This document shows positions 37,734 through 48,048 of a stretch of DNA of 64,000 nucleotides, in pieces. Numbering within the stretch: position 1 is the first letter of the stretch; each line of letters opens with the position of its first letter. The notes beneath the pieces are model-generated. The model ran no database searches and had not been told where the DNA came from. It saw only the letters and a list, made by a program, of their open reading frames with translations. The translations under genes and the position numbers were made by a program. The DNA is taken from NCBI GenBank assembly GCA_050123275.1, contig JASFHK010000004.1:25577-89576 (forward strand). The letters run 5' to 3'. This stretch comes from Dehalococcoidia bacterium (lineage in GTDB: Bacteria; Chloroflexota; Dehalococcoidia; Dehalococcoidales; BS750m-G39).

Positions 37734-39029
37734 CTAGCACTTGCCGGCGGGGACTTTCAGGTATCTGGCCACCAGCTCCATGGCGCAGAACTGCCCGCAC
37801 ATGCTGCAGGCCGAGCCGGTGGAGCTGTGCTTGCCGTGTACCTGGCGCGCCAGCGCCGGGTCTAAAGACAGCCGCGCCTGCTCTTCCCAGTCGAGCTGCT
37901 TGCGGGCGACGGCCATCTGCTTGTCGCGCTCGGCGGCGCCCTTGACGCCCTTGACGATGTCGGCGGCGTGGGCGGCGATACGCGAGGCGATGACGCCTTG
38001 CCTGACGTCTTCGGGGTCGGGCAGGGACAGGTGCTCGGCGGGGGTAACGTAGCAAAGGAAATCGGCACCGGCGGAAGCGGCGATAGCCCCGCCGATAGCC
38101 CCGGTGATGTGGTCGTAGCCGGCGGCGATATCGGTGACCAGCGGCCCCAGAACGTAGAAGGGCGCGCCCTTGCATACGGCCTTTTCCAGCTTGACGTTGG
38201 CTTCAATCTGGTTCAGGGGTAGATGCCCGGGGCCTTCGACCATCGCCTGCACTCCGGCCTGGCGCGCTCGCTCGACCAACTCGCCGATAGCCAGCAGCTC
38301 CTCGATTTGCGCCTGGTCGGTGGCGTCGGCGAGGCAGCCGGGGCGCATGCCGTCGCCCAGACTCAGGGTAACGTCATATTCTTTAGCTATTTCCAGCAGG
38401 CGGTCGTAGTTTTCGTAGAGGGGGTTTTCGGCGTCGTTGTGCAGCATCCAGCCGATAAGAAAGGCGCCACCCCGCGAGACAACGTCGGCCACCCGGCCTT
38501 GCTTTCTCAACTTGTCCACGGCGGCGTGGGTGACGCCGCAGTGCACGGTGACAAAGTCCACGCCGTCGGCGGCGTGCTCCTCGATAGCGTTAAAAAGCTC
38601 CTCCGCCGTCATCTTGACGATGGCGCCGTGCCTGTTTATGGCCTCGATACCGGCCTGATAGACGGGGACGGTGCCGATGGGTAAAGTGCTGGCGGCAATA
38701 ATGGCCCGCCTTATGGCCGGGATGTCGCCGCCCGTGGAAAGGTCCATGACGGCGTCGGCGCCGCTTTCGGCGGCGACCCTGAGCTTTTCCAGCTCGGTGT
38801 CGGCGTTGCCGAAGTCTGACGAAGTGCCGATGTTGGCGTTGACCTTGGTGGTCAGCCCCCGGCCGATGCCGCCGGGGACGAGATTTTTATGATTAACGTT
38901 AGCCGGAATGACGATGACGCCTTCGGCTACGCCCTGGCGGATAACTTCCGCCGCTACTCCTTCCCGCTCCGCCACCAGTTTCATCTGCGGGGAGATTTTG
39001 CCGGCTTTGGCCAGTTCCAGTTGTGTCAT
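37734..39029 (-). CDS. thiC: Phosphomethylpyrimidine synthase
   Basis: 431 aa, full-length ThiC pattern including the C-terminal Fe-S motif [10 protein letters not shown]. Confidence 0.95.
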   Translation of the reverse strand: MTQLELAKAGKISPQMKLVAEREGVAAEVIRQGVAEGVIVIPANVNHKNLVPGGIGRGLTTKVNANIGTSSDFGNADTELEKLRVAAESGADAVMDLSTGGDIPAIRRAIIAASTLPIGTVPVYQAGIEAINRHGAIVKMTAEELFNAIEEHAADGVDFVTVHCGVTHAAVDKLRKQGRVADVVSRGGAFLIGWMLHNDAENPLYENYDRLLEIAKEYDVTLSLGDGMRPGCLADATDQAQIEELLAIGELVERARQAGVQAMVEGPGHLPLNQIEANVKLEKAVCKGAPFYVLGPLVTDIAAGYDHITGAIGGAIAASAGADFLCYVTPAEHLSLPDPEDVRQGVIASRIAAHAADIVKGVKGAAERDKQMAVARKQLDWEEQARLSLDPALARQVHGKHSSTGSACSMCGQFCAMELVARYLKVPAGKC

Positions 39030-39044
39030 GGCTGCCTCCCGAAA

Positions 39045-39088
39045 ACAAAAAAACCAAGGGCTTTAATAACTTGGAACAAACCCCTGGT
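39045..39088 (-). terminator. Expression-platform terminator of the TPP riboswitch
   Basis: Minus strand: ACCAGGGG (39088-39081), 20-nt loop, CCCTTGGT (39060-39053), then TTTTTTTG. One G-U pair in the stem. Confidence 0.65.
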
Positions 39089-39102
39089 TTCTATCATTTT
39101 TT

Positions 39103-39185
39103 GCTTCCCTCCGCTCGTATTACCGAGATCAGGTTCCAAGGGTTGGCGCCCCAGCGCCTCTCAGCCTTTTATAGCACCCCTAGCG
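39103..39185 (-). promoter_or_regulatory. TPP (THI-box) riboswitch
   Basis: Minus strand reads GGGGTGC..GCTGAGA..ACCCTTgGAACCTGATCtcgGTAATACgagCGGAGGGAA, matching the THI-box core element for element. Located upstream of thiC-thi4. Confidence 0.92.
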
Positions 39186-39247
39186 GAATTATTTAATTAA
39201 TCTCTGCATGAAAACTATAGCATAAAGGGAGGGTGCAAGGCAAAAAA

Positions 39248-39430
39248 TTCTCCCCGGCTCCCCCCACTCTGTTGTGCGCACGTCATTTCTGTCCCAACCC
39301 AGCCCGCCCTGATGAGTAAACTCCTTAACCTGGGGGATTGCTTCGCTTGGCTCGCAATGACAGGGGGGCATCATGGGGTGTTTGAGAGGGGCGTAGCCCC
39401 TCTGCCTCAAAGGGTGGAGGGTGGGAATGG
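39248..39430 (+). repeat. Composite repeat: R1 copy D + R2 (gattgcttcg..gctcgcaatgaca) + R3 (GC hairpin)
   Basis: R1 spans 39248-39336, R2 39337-39362, and R3 ggtgtttgAGAGGGGCgtaGCCCCTCTgcctcaaaggg 39377-39414. The G-rich right end gggtggagggtgggaa mirrors the C-rich left ends of R1 copies. Confidence 0.8.
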
Positions 39431-39471
39431 ATAAAAACAGGGGGTGGGGTTTTTAATGGTATAATCCAGAT

Positions 39472-40188
39472 ATGGATAAGCTAGAGGCCGGGGCTAAAAA
39501 GCTGGGCGTCAAATTGACTAATGCTCAAGTCAAGCAGTTCGAGGTCTATTACAGCGAGCTGGTGGGCTGGAACGAGCAAATAAACCTGACGGCCATCACA
39601 GACTACGAAGACGTGCAACTGAAGCACTTCCTCGATTCGCTTAGCGTGACGCTGGTCTGCAAATTATCCAGAGGCCAGAGCGTCATTGATGTCGGCACGG
39701 GGGCGGGCATTCCCGGCCTGCCGCTCAAGATTGTCTTCCCCGGCATCAAGCTGACCCTGCTGGAAGCCACCGCCAAGAAGGTTTCCTTCCTGCACCACAT
39801 CGTGCGGCAGCTGGGGCTGGAAGATGTCGAAATCATCGTGGGACGGGCGGAAGAGGTCGCCCGCGTGCCCCAGTATAGAGAGAAGTTCGACCTGGTTATC
39901 TCGCGGGGGGTGGCGGCGCTGCCCACGCTGGTGGAGCTGACGCTGCCTTTCTGCGCCGTCGGCGGCGTCTTTATCGCCCCCAAGAAGGGTAGCCTTGACG
40001 AAGAGCTCAAAAGCGCCGGGGGTGCTATGGCGCTTTTAGGCGGCAGGCTGCGCGAGATAAAGGAAATCGGGCTGGAAGGGCTCGCCGACGAGCGCTACCT
40101 GGTCGTCATCGACAAGGCGGCGCCCACGCCCGAAAAATATCCCCGCCGCCCCGGTATGCCTGGGAAGAGGCCATTGGGAGCGAACTAG
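39472..40188 (+). CDS. rsmG: 16S rRNA (guanine527-N7)-methyltransferase
   Basis: 238 aa. NLTAITDYEDVQLKHFLDS and the SAM motif VIDVGTGAGIPGLPLKI. Confidence 0.9.
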   Translation: MDKLEAGAKKLGVKLTNAQVKQFEVYYSELVGWNEQINLTAITDYEDVQLKHFLDSLSVTLVCKLSRGQSVIDVGTGAGIPGLPLKIVFPGIKLTLLEATAKKVSFLHHIVRQLGLEDVEIIVGRAEEVARVPQYREKFDLVISRGVAALPTLVELTLPFCAVGGVFIAPKKGSLDEELKSAGGAMALLGGRLREIKEIGLEGLADERYLVVIDKAAPTPEKYPRRPGMPGKRPLGAN

Positions 40189-40189
40189 A

Positions 40190-40641
40190 ATGAGAATAAG
40201 GCTTTTGGGTGGTATCCTGGTATTGCTTCGCTTTTCTCGTTTGTCGGCTGCGATGGTTCCAAAGCGGATAACGGCTTAACGACGACTGACGGTGACACAG
40301 GGCAGCCGATAGTTGTCAAGGATGTTTATATCACCCATATCTGTTTCGATGGTCAAGTACCTACTTCGGAGGCGGATGAGTACGTAGAGATAACCAACGT
40401 CGGCGACGAGCCGCAGAATATAACCGGCTGCGTACTTATAGATATTGACGAGGGCTACCCACGTTTCGTTTTTCCCTACCGTATCCTGGAACCAGGTGAG
40501 AGCGTGCGTGTCTATACGAACGAGGAACATCCAGGGTGCTTTAGTTTTGGGCGCGGTCAGCCCATATGGAACAACGAAGACCCCGATACCGCTGTGCTTT
40601 ATGATAGTTATGGGAACGAGTTGTCTCGGATGAGCTATTAG
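40190..40641 (+). pseudogene. Lamin-tail-domain (LTD) lipoprotein gene interrupted by a frameshift near 40215-40230
   Basis: The ATG at 40190 gives MRIRLLGGILVLL.. and stops at about 40277. The adjacent frame (codons starting at 40222) reads IASLFSFVGCDGSKADN...EADEYVEITNVGDEPQNITGCVLID...WNNEDPDTAVLYDSYGNEL to the TAG at 40639-40641 and has no start codon of its own. The lipobox FVGC and the LTD signature lie in the second frame. Confidence 0.6.
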
Positions 40642-40682
40642 TTTAATTTGCCAACAATTTTAAACAATAGTAAAATACGGCT

Positions 40683-41597
40683 ATGAAGACGAATAGCGGA
40701 AATCAGGATAAGAGTAAACAGACGGGAACCTGGAAGGTAAAGACGGGCCTGGCCCAGATGCTCAAGGGCGGGGTGATAATGGACGTGGTTACTCCTGAGC
40801 ACGCCCAGATTGCTCAGGAAGCGGGCGCCTGCGCCGTGATGGCGCTGGAGAGAGTGCCCGCCGACATTCGCGCCGCCGGAGGGGTGGCCCGCATGGCCGA
40901 TCCCACCGTCATCGAGAACATCATGAAAGCGGTCTCGATACCGGTAATGGCCAAGTGCCGCATCGGGCATTTCGTCGAGGCTCAGGCGCTGGAGGCGCTG
41001 GGCGTCGACTTTATCGACGAATCCGAGGTGCTGACTCCCGCCGACGAGAGCCACCACGTCTGGAAGCACGATTTCACCGTCCCCTTTGTCTGCGGCTGCC
41101 GTAATTTAGGTGAAGCCTTGCGCCGAATCGGGGAGGGGGCGGCCATGATTCGCACCAAGGGCGAGGCCGGCAGCGGCAATATCGTCGAGGCGGTCAGGCA
41201 CATGAGAGCGGTTATGGACGGTATACGCCGTCTGAAGAGTCTGTCGCAGGAAGAGCTGATGGCGGCGGCTAAAGAGCTGGAAGCTCCCTTCGAGCTGGTG
41301 GCCGAGGTACACAAGACGGGCAGGCTGCCCGTGGTCAACTTCGCCGCCGGCGGCGTGGCCACTCCCGCCGACGCCGCTCTGATGATGCACCTCGGCGCCG
41401 AGGGCGTTTTCGTCGGCTCGGGCATATTCAAGTCCAGCGACCCCGCCGTCAGAGCCAAGGCAATCGTCGAAGCCACCACCCACTACCAGGACCCCAAGAT
41501 TATCGCCGAGGTATCCAAGAATCTGGGCGAGGCCATGCCCGGATTGGATATAAAGCAGATTCCCGCCGAGGAGTTGCTGGCGCAACGAGGATGGTAA
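40683..41597 (+). CDS. pdxS: Pyridoxal 5'-phosphate synthase lyase subunit
   Basis: [26 protein letters not shown] and [14 protein letters not shown]. Confidence 0.95.
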   Translation: MKTNSGNQDKSKQTGTWKVKTGLAQMLKGGVIMDVVTPEHAQIAQEAGACAVMALERVPADIRAAGGVARMADPTVIENIMKAVSIPVMAKCRIGHFVEAQALEALGVDFIDESEVLTPADESHHVWKHDFTVPFVCGCRNLGEALRRIGEGAAMIRTKGEAGSGNIVEAVRHMRAVMDGIRRLKSLSQEELMAAAKELEAPFELVAEVHKTGRLPVVNFAAGGVATPADAALMMHLGAEGVFVGSGIFKSSDPAVRAKAIVEATTHYQDPKIIAEVSKNLGEAMPGLDIKQIPAEELLAQRGW

Positions 41598-41601
41598 GAA
41601 T

Positions 41602-42180
41602 ATGAAAATTGGCGTCCTTGCTTCGCAGGGAGCCTTTATTGAGCATATCGCTGCATTGCGCCGACTGAAGGTAGAGGCTTTGCCCGTCCGCCTGGCTTCG
41701 CAACTAGAGGGCCTGGACGGGCTTGTTATTCCCGGCGGGGAGAGTACCACCATCAGCAAGCTCATGGTCGGCTCCCACCTCACCGAAGAGATAACCAGGC
41801 TGGCGCGTAACGGCTTCCCCATCTTCGGCACCTGCGCCGGCATGATTGTCCTTTCCACCAGGGACTCGGACAGAGATGTCGAGCCGCTGGGGCTGATGGA
41901 CGTTATCGTCAAGCGCAACGCCTTCGGGCGGCAGGTGGACAGCTTCGAGACCGAGCTGGAGATACCGGCGCTGGGCAAAAAGCCCTTTCATGCCGTCTTT
42001 ATTCGCGCCCCGCTTATCGAAAAAACGAACGGCAACGTCGAGGTACTGGCGCGCCTGGCCGACGGTACCGTTGTCGCCGCCCGTCAGGGCAATATGCTCG
42101 TGGCCGCCTTTCACCCCGAGCTGACCGACGACCTGAGATTCCACCGCTATTTCCTGGAGATTGTAGCCGGACGCAACTAA
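41602..42180 (+). CDS. pdxT: Pyridoxal 5'-phosphate synthase glutaminase subunit
   Basis: IGVLASQGAF.EH, catalytic GTCAGMI, and FHPELT. Confidence 0.93.
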   Translation: MKIGVLASQGAFIEHIAALRRLKVEALPVRLASQLEGLDGLVIPGGESTTISKLMVGSHLTEEITRLARNGFPIFGTCAGMIVLSTRDSDRDVEPLGLMDVIVKRNAFGRQVDSFETELEIPALGKKPFHAVFIRAPLIEKTNGNVEVLARLADGTVVAARQGNMLVAAFHPELTDDLRFHRYFLEIVAGRN

Positions 42181-42197
42181 CTCTTTAAGGAGGCACC

Positions 42198-43706
<1,509 letters not shown>

Positions 43707-43736
43707 ACCAACTCTATATATATAAAAAAGAGGAGG

Positions 43737-43967
43737 TTGGTCATGGTTGCAAGGGCGAAAAATAAGTATGGTGTGAGGATATATCCTCCCTTTCCAGATT
43801 CAGACACAATTATAATTCTACAGACTATAAAGAGACCAGGTAGCCCGCGCTACGTCATTAATGCACGAAAGGACAGTTTGAACGAGACGCATATGAGCAT
43901 AGACGATGCGGCGGGTATCGCCGAGGTGGTACAGCGATACCTTAGAGGAGAATTGAAGCAGAGGTAA
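43737..43967 (+). CDS. Small hypothetical protein (76 aa) in an AT-rich islet
   Basis: An ORF with an AGGAGG RBS in locally low-GC DNA between two conserved genes. No recognisable motifs. Confidence 0.35.
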   Translation: MVMVARAKNKYGVRIYPPFPDSDTIIILQTIKRPGSPRYVINARKDSLNETHMSIDDAAGIAEVVQRYLRGELKQR

Positions 43968-44002
43968 TTTTAAGTCAAATATGGGATAGGGTTAATATAA
44001 TC

Positions 44003-44620
44003 ATGTCAATCTTTATAACTTTCGAGGGTGGGGAGGGGGGCGGCAAGAGCGTCCAGGCTAAGGCGCTTTACCGCAAGCTGTTAAAAATGTCTATTCCGGC
44101 GTTGCTAACCCATGAGCCGGGGGGCACCGCTTTCGGGCGGCGTATCGGTCGCTGGCTGAAGTGGGCGCAAAACGCCGATATTTCGCCGCTTACCGAGCTA
44201 ATGCTCTTCAACGCCGCCCGTGCCCAGTCGGTGGCCGAGGTTATCAAACCGGCTTTGTCCCAGGGCAAGGTGGTCATCAGCGACCGTTATGACGATTCCA
44301 CCACCGTCTATCAGGGCTACGGGCGCAAGCTCGACTTGCCCATGGTAAAGTCGGTCAACAAGGCGGCGACACAGGGGTTGAAGCCGGACCTGACCGTGCT
44401 GCTGGACGCCTCCGTCGAGGAGTGCTTCGCCCGCAAGGGCGACTGTAAGCTGGACCGTTTCGAGCAGGAAGCCATTGCCTTTCACAACCAGGTGCGCGAA
44501 GGCTACCTGAAACTGGCTGCGGAAGACCCCGAGCGCTGGCTGGTGATTGACGCCAGCCAGTCTAAAACCAAAATAGGCGGCATTATCTGGCAGCGGGTAA
44601 GCCGGCTGCTCAAAGTTTAA
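44003..44620 (+). CDS. tmk: Thymidylate kinase
   Basis: P-loop FITFEGGEGGGKS, the DRY motif (SDRYDDS), and the lid region. Confidence 0.9.
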   Translation: MSIFITFEGGEGGGKSVQAKALYRKLLKMSIPALLTHEPGGTAFGRRIGRWLKWAQNADISPLTELMLFNAARAQSVAEVIKPALSQGKVVISDRYDDSTTVYQGYGRKLDLPMVKSVNKAATQGLKPDLTVLLDASVEECFARKGDCKLDRFEQEAIAFHNQVREGYLKLAAEDPERWLVIDASQSKTKIGGIIWQRVSRLLKV

Positions 44621-44674
44621 AAACGCAATAGCGTCCCGGTAAACATTTTCTTTTGAGATTTCAGGAGGTAGTTT

Positions 44675-45481
44675 TTGGCCAAGATAGAAACGGAGACGGG
44701 GTATTCCCAGAACGGCCTGCCCTACGTGCGCCTGGGTAGCAGCTCGCGCAAGCTGGTTATCTTCGGCGGGCTTGATTTCGAGCACAAACCGCCCTCCGGG
44801 TTCAACCTCTACCTGTGGAAGTCCAAACTAAAGAACCTTACCCGCGACTTCACCGTTTACCTGGTGAGCCGCAAGCCGAATATGCCCCAGGACTATACGC
44901 TGCGCGATATGTCCAACGACTACGCCGTGATGATAAAGGACGAGATAGGCGCTCCCGTTGACGTCATGGGGCTGTCCACGGGCGGGGTTATCGCCCAGTA
45001 CTTCGCCGTTGACCACCCCCACCTTATCCGCCGTCTGGTGCTGGGCATGACCGGCTACCGCCTCACCGAGAAAGGCGCCGAGCTACAGCGGCGCACGGGC
45101 GAGCTGGCGCGCCAGCGCAAGTGGCGGGCGGCTTTCGCCGCCATGATGCAAGGCGTTTACCCCAGCGGCTTCAAGAGAATTATTTTCCAGTGCTTCGTCT
45201 GGCTTTTCGGCGGTGCCGGCGCGCCCAAAGACCCCTCGGACGGGCTGATTGAAATCGAGTGCGAGGATAAGCACGATTTCTGGAGAAGACTGCCCGATAT
45301 CAGCGTGCCCACGCTGGTTATCGGCGGCGGCAACGACTATTTTTATCCCATCGCCGAGACGGCGGAGAGGATACCCAACGCCCGGCTCGTCCTCTACGAA
45401 GGCTACGGGCACGACGTTATTTTCAGCAAGGGGCGCCAGTTCGACGAAGAAATCTGGGCTTTTCTGACCGAGGGAGGCTAA
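44675..45481 (+). CDS. Alpha/beta-hydrolase fold protein
   Basis: Nucleophile elbow GLSTGG and a C-terminal GYGHD His region. TTG start. Confidence 0.7.
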   Translation: MAKIETETGYSQNGLPYVRLGSSSRKLVIFGGLDFEHKPPSGFNLYLWKSKLKNLTRDFTVYLVSRKPNMPQDYTLRDMSNDYAVMIKDEIGAPVDVMGLSTGGVIAQYFAVDHPHLIRRLVLGMTGYRLTEKGAELQRRTGELARQRKWRAAFAAMMQGVYPSGFKRIIFQCFVWLFGGAGAPKDPSDGLIEIECEDKHDFWRRLPDISVPTLVIGGGNDYFYPIAETAERIPNARLVLYEGYGHDVIFSKGRQFDEEIWAFLTEGG

Positions 45482-45487
45482 AAGAAA

Positions 45488-46525
45488 ATGTCAGCGGAGC
45501 GGGTTGCCGTGGCGATGAGCGGAGGAGTGGACTCCTCGGTGGCGGCGGCTTTGCTCAAAGCCTCCGGCTACGAGGTCAGCGGCATTCACATGAAGCTGGG
45601 TGCCGACGCTACTTTCAACGACACGGCGGCTCTGGAGCGCACCTGTCAGCAACTGGGCATACCGCTTTACCAGGTCGATTTGGCCAGAGAGTTCCGGCAG
45701 ATGGTTATCGACTATTTCTGCCGTGAATACGGGCGGGGACGGACGCCCAATCCCTGCGTCGCCTGCAACCAATATCTAAAGTTCGACATCCTGCTGGAGA
45801 GGGCATTGGAAACGGGGGCGGACTACTTCGCCACCGGTCATTACGCCCGTGTCGAGGCGGGTCCCGAAGGCTATAAACTCAAAAAGGCGTTCGACGCCGG
45901 CAAAGACCAGAGCTATTTCCTCTATACGCTGGGGCAGGAGCAGCTCAAACACCTGCTGCTGCCGCTGGGTGAGTTGACCAAGGAACGGGTGAGGACGATA
46001 GCCAGCGAAATGGAGCTTCCCGCCGTGCAGCGCGATAGCCAGGACGTTTGCTTTATCCCCGGCAACGATTATCGTGCCTTTATCGCCGCCAACGTACCCC
46101 TCAGGGTAGGGGAAATAGTTGACATAAACAGTAAAGTTTTGGGAAAACACCGCGGTTTGGCCCTCTACACGGTGGGTCAAAGGCAGGGTCTGGGGCTGAC
46201 CTCGGCGGAGCCGCTTTACGTGCTCAAAATAGACGCCGCCAGCAATAAAATCACGGTGGGGAGTCGAGAGCAGGCTTTACATAATGTGCTGCTTGCCCGC
46301 AGTTTGAGCTGGGTTTCGGGCCGTTCTCCCGATGAGCCGATGGAGATAACGGCCAAGATTCGCTACCAGGCCCCCGAGGCCGCCGCCGAGCTTTATCCCG
46401 ACAGCGATAGCGCCGAAGTCCGCTTCAGCGAGCCGCAGTCGGCGATAGCGCCGGGGCAGTCAATCGTCTTTTACCGGGGCGAAGACGTCCTGGGCGGAGG
46501 GATAATAGATGCCGTCCTTTATTGA
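45488..46525 (+). CDS. mnmA: tRNA-specific 2-thiouridylase
   Basis: PP-loop VAMSGGVDSSVAA, catalytic Cys context NPCVACN, and ATGHYAR. Confidence 0.93.
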   Translation: MSAERVAVAMSGGVDSSVAAALLKASGYEVSGIHMKLGADATFNDTAALERTCQQLGIPLYQVDLAREFRQMVIDYFCREYGRGRTPNPCVACNQYLKFDILLERALETGADYFATGHYARVEAGPEGYKLKKAFDAGKDQSYFLYTLGQEQLKHLLLPLGELTKERVRTIASEMELPAVQRDSQDVCFIPGNDYRAFIAANVPLRVGEIVDINSKVLGKHRGLALYTVGQRQGLGLTSAEPLYVLKIDAASNKITVGSREQALHNVLLARSLSWVSGRSPDEPMEITAKIRYQAPEAAAELYPDSDSAEVRFSEPQSAIAPGQSIVFYRGEDVLGGGIIDAVLY

Positions 46526-47234
46526 AGAGGAACGACTGGTGGCCGAAGGCTACCGTCTCATCGCCGGCGTGGACGAGGTGGGGCGGGGGGCGCTGGCGGG
46601 CCCCGTGGTTGCCGCCGCCGTCATCCTGCCCGAGGCTCTGGATGCCTCCGATATGGAAGGGGTGGCCGACAGCAAGCAGCTGTCTCCCGCCGAGCGCGAG
46701 CGTCTCTTTATCCACATCCATAAGATTGCTCTTTCCGTAGGGGTGGGAGCGGTGCCGCACCACGTCATCGACGAGTGGGGCATCATCCGGGCCACCCGGC
46801 TGGCCATGAAACAGGCCGTCGAGCAGCTTTCCCCATCTCCCCAGTCGCTGCTCATCGACTATATGCAGCTCCCCGAGGTCAACCTCTACCAGCGGGGCAT
46901 CGCCCACGGCGACGACCTCTGTTTTTCCATCGCCTGCGCCTCGATTATCGCCAAGGTGACGCGGGACCGGCTTATGGTAGAATTCGACGGGGAATACCCC
47001 GGCTACGGGATGGCCCGGCACAAGGGCTACGGCACCCGCCAGCATATTGCCTGCCTGGCCGAGCTCGGCGTTTGCCCCATCCACCGCCGCAGCTTCCGCC
47101 CGGTGAGGGAGATGGTGCAGGGATTATTCAGGGAGTCGAATATTATACAGGAGGATACGGATGGACAAGAAGGAGATACTGGAGTTTTTGAACGCCAACC
47201 CCGTCTGTTACCTGGCTACGGTGGAGGGGAATAA
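46509..47234 (+). CDS. rnhB: Ribonuclease HII
   Basis: IAGVDEVGRGALAGPVVAAAV, DSKQLS and HRRSF. The about 25-aa tail overlaps the next gene by 74 nt. Confidence 0.9.
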   Translation: MPSFIEEERLVAEGYRLIAGVDEVGRGALAGPVVAAAVILPEALDASDMEGVADSKQLSPAERERLFIHIHKIALSVGVGAVPHHVIDEWGIIRATRLAMKQAVEQLSPSPQSLLIDYMQLPEVNLYQRGIAHGDDLCFSIACASIIAKVTRDRLMVEFDGEYPGYGMARHKGYGTRQHIACLAELGVCPIHRRSFRPVREMVQGLFRESNIIQEDTDGQEGDTGVFERQPRLLPGYGGGE

Positions 47235-47577
47235 GCCGCACGTGCGCGCCATCGGCATGTTTAGGGCCGACGAGGAAGGTATTATCATCCAGACCAACGA
47301 CTACAAGGATATGTACCGGCAGATAGAGGCAAACCCCAACACGGAGCTTTGTTTTTTCAACGCCAGGGACGGCGTCCAGATAAGGGTAAGCGGCGTTCTC
47401 GAGCCGTTTGACGATATAAAGCTGAAGGAAGAGATTATCGCCGAACGGACTTTCCTCAAGCCCTTCGTGGAGAAAGACGGCTACGGGGCGATAGTCGTTT
47501 ATCGCCTGAGCCGGGGCCAGGCTTACGTCTGGGGCTTCGGCACCCAGCAGGAACCCAAGAAATACGTTCAGCTTTAG
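47161..47577 (+). CDS. Pyridoxamine 5'-phosphate oxidase-like FMN-binding protein
   Basis: 138 aa. N-terminus ILEFLNANPVCYLATVEGNKPHVRAIGM is typical of the PNPOx-like split-barrel family. RBS caggagg. Confidence 0.72.
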   Translation: MDKKEILEFLNANPVCYLATVEGNKPHVRAIGMFRADEEGIIIQTNDYKDMYRQIEANPNTELCFFNARDGVQIRVSGVLEPFDDIKLKEEIIAERTFLKPFVEKDGYGAIVVYRLSRGQAYVWGFGTQQEPKKYVQL

Positions 47578-47578
47578 G

Positions 47579-47614
47579 GGAGATGGCTTCGTTACTTCGC
47601 TCCTCGCGATGACA
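47579..47614 (+). repeat. Repeat R2, diverged copy
   Basis: gagatggcttcgttacttcgctcctcgcgatgaca aligns with gagattgcttcgttgcgctcgcaatgaca at 51786-51813 and with gattgcttcgcttggctcgcaatgaca at 39337-39362. Confidence 0.6.
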
Positions 47615-47626
47615 ATATGATCGGGG

Positions 47627-47998
47627 GTGGCTATGAAGCGCCGGGACACGGGCATCCTGGGCGAAAAGCTGGCTAAAGATTACCTCAAGCGGCGGGGCTA
47701 CCGCATCCGTCAGACCAACTACCGTTGCCCCGAAGGCGAGATAGACATCGTCGCCGAGCGCAAAGACTGCCTGGTTTTCGTCGAGGTCAAGACGAGGCGG
47801 AGCCTAGAGTTCGGCAGCCCGGAGGAGTCGGTTACCGCCGGTAAGCGGGAGAAATTGAGGGCCGCCGCCGCCCGTTACCTACAGGCCTGTGACGGCCTGC
47901 CCCGGCTGTGGCGCATCGACGTTGTTGCCATAGAGCTCGGCCCCGATAACAAGCCCTCGCGCATCGAGCTTATCGAAAACGCCGTGGGCGAGGACTGA
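47627..47998 (+). CDS. yraN: YraN-family (UPF0102) endonuclease-like protein
   Basis: GE.AA..L...GY and GEIDIVAERKDCLVFVEVKTR form a PD-(D/E)XK core. Confidence 0.85.
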   Translation: MAMKRRDTGILGEKLAKDYLKRRGYRIRQTNYRCPEGEIDIVAERKDCLVFVEVKTRRSLEFGSPEESVTAGKREKLRAAAARYLQACDGLPRLWRIDVVAIELGPDNKPSRIELIENAVGED

Positions 47999-48048
47999 AC
48001 GCTTTTATCTTTAATTTGCCTGTGCTAGAATCTGCCTGAAGGATTACC

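Noticed and set aside
37714-38175. 153-aa Arg-rich ORF and other alternative-frame ORFs inside thiC (37862-38206, 38223-38684).
   Set aside because: They overlap the highly conserved thiC frame and their composition is typical of an out-of-frame read of GC-rich coding DNA.
40276-40633. ORF-track entries 40276-40530 (minus, 84 aa) and 40445-40633 (plus, 62 aa).
   Set aside because: Neither has recognisable features. A third frame on the plus strand encodes an unmistakable lamin-tail domain with a lipobox, so the locus is better explained as a frameshifted LTD lipoprotein gene.
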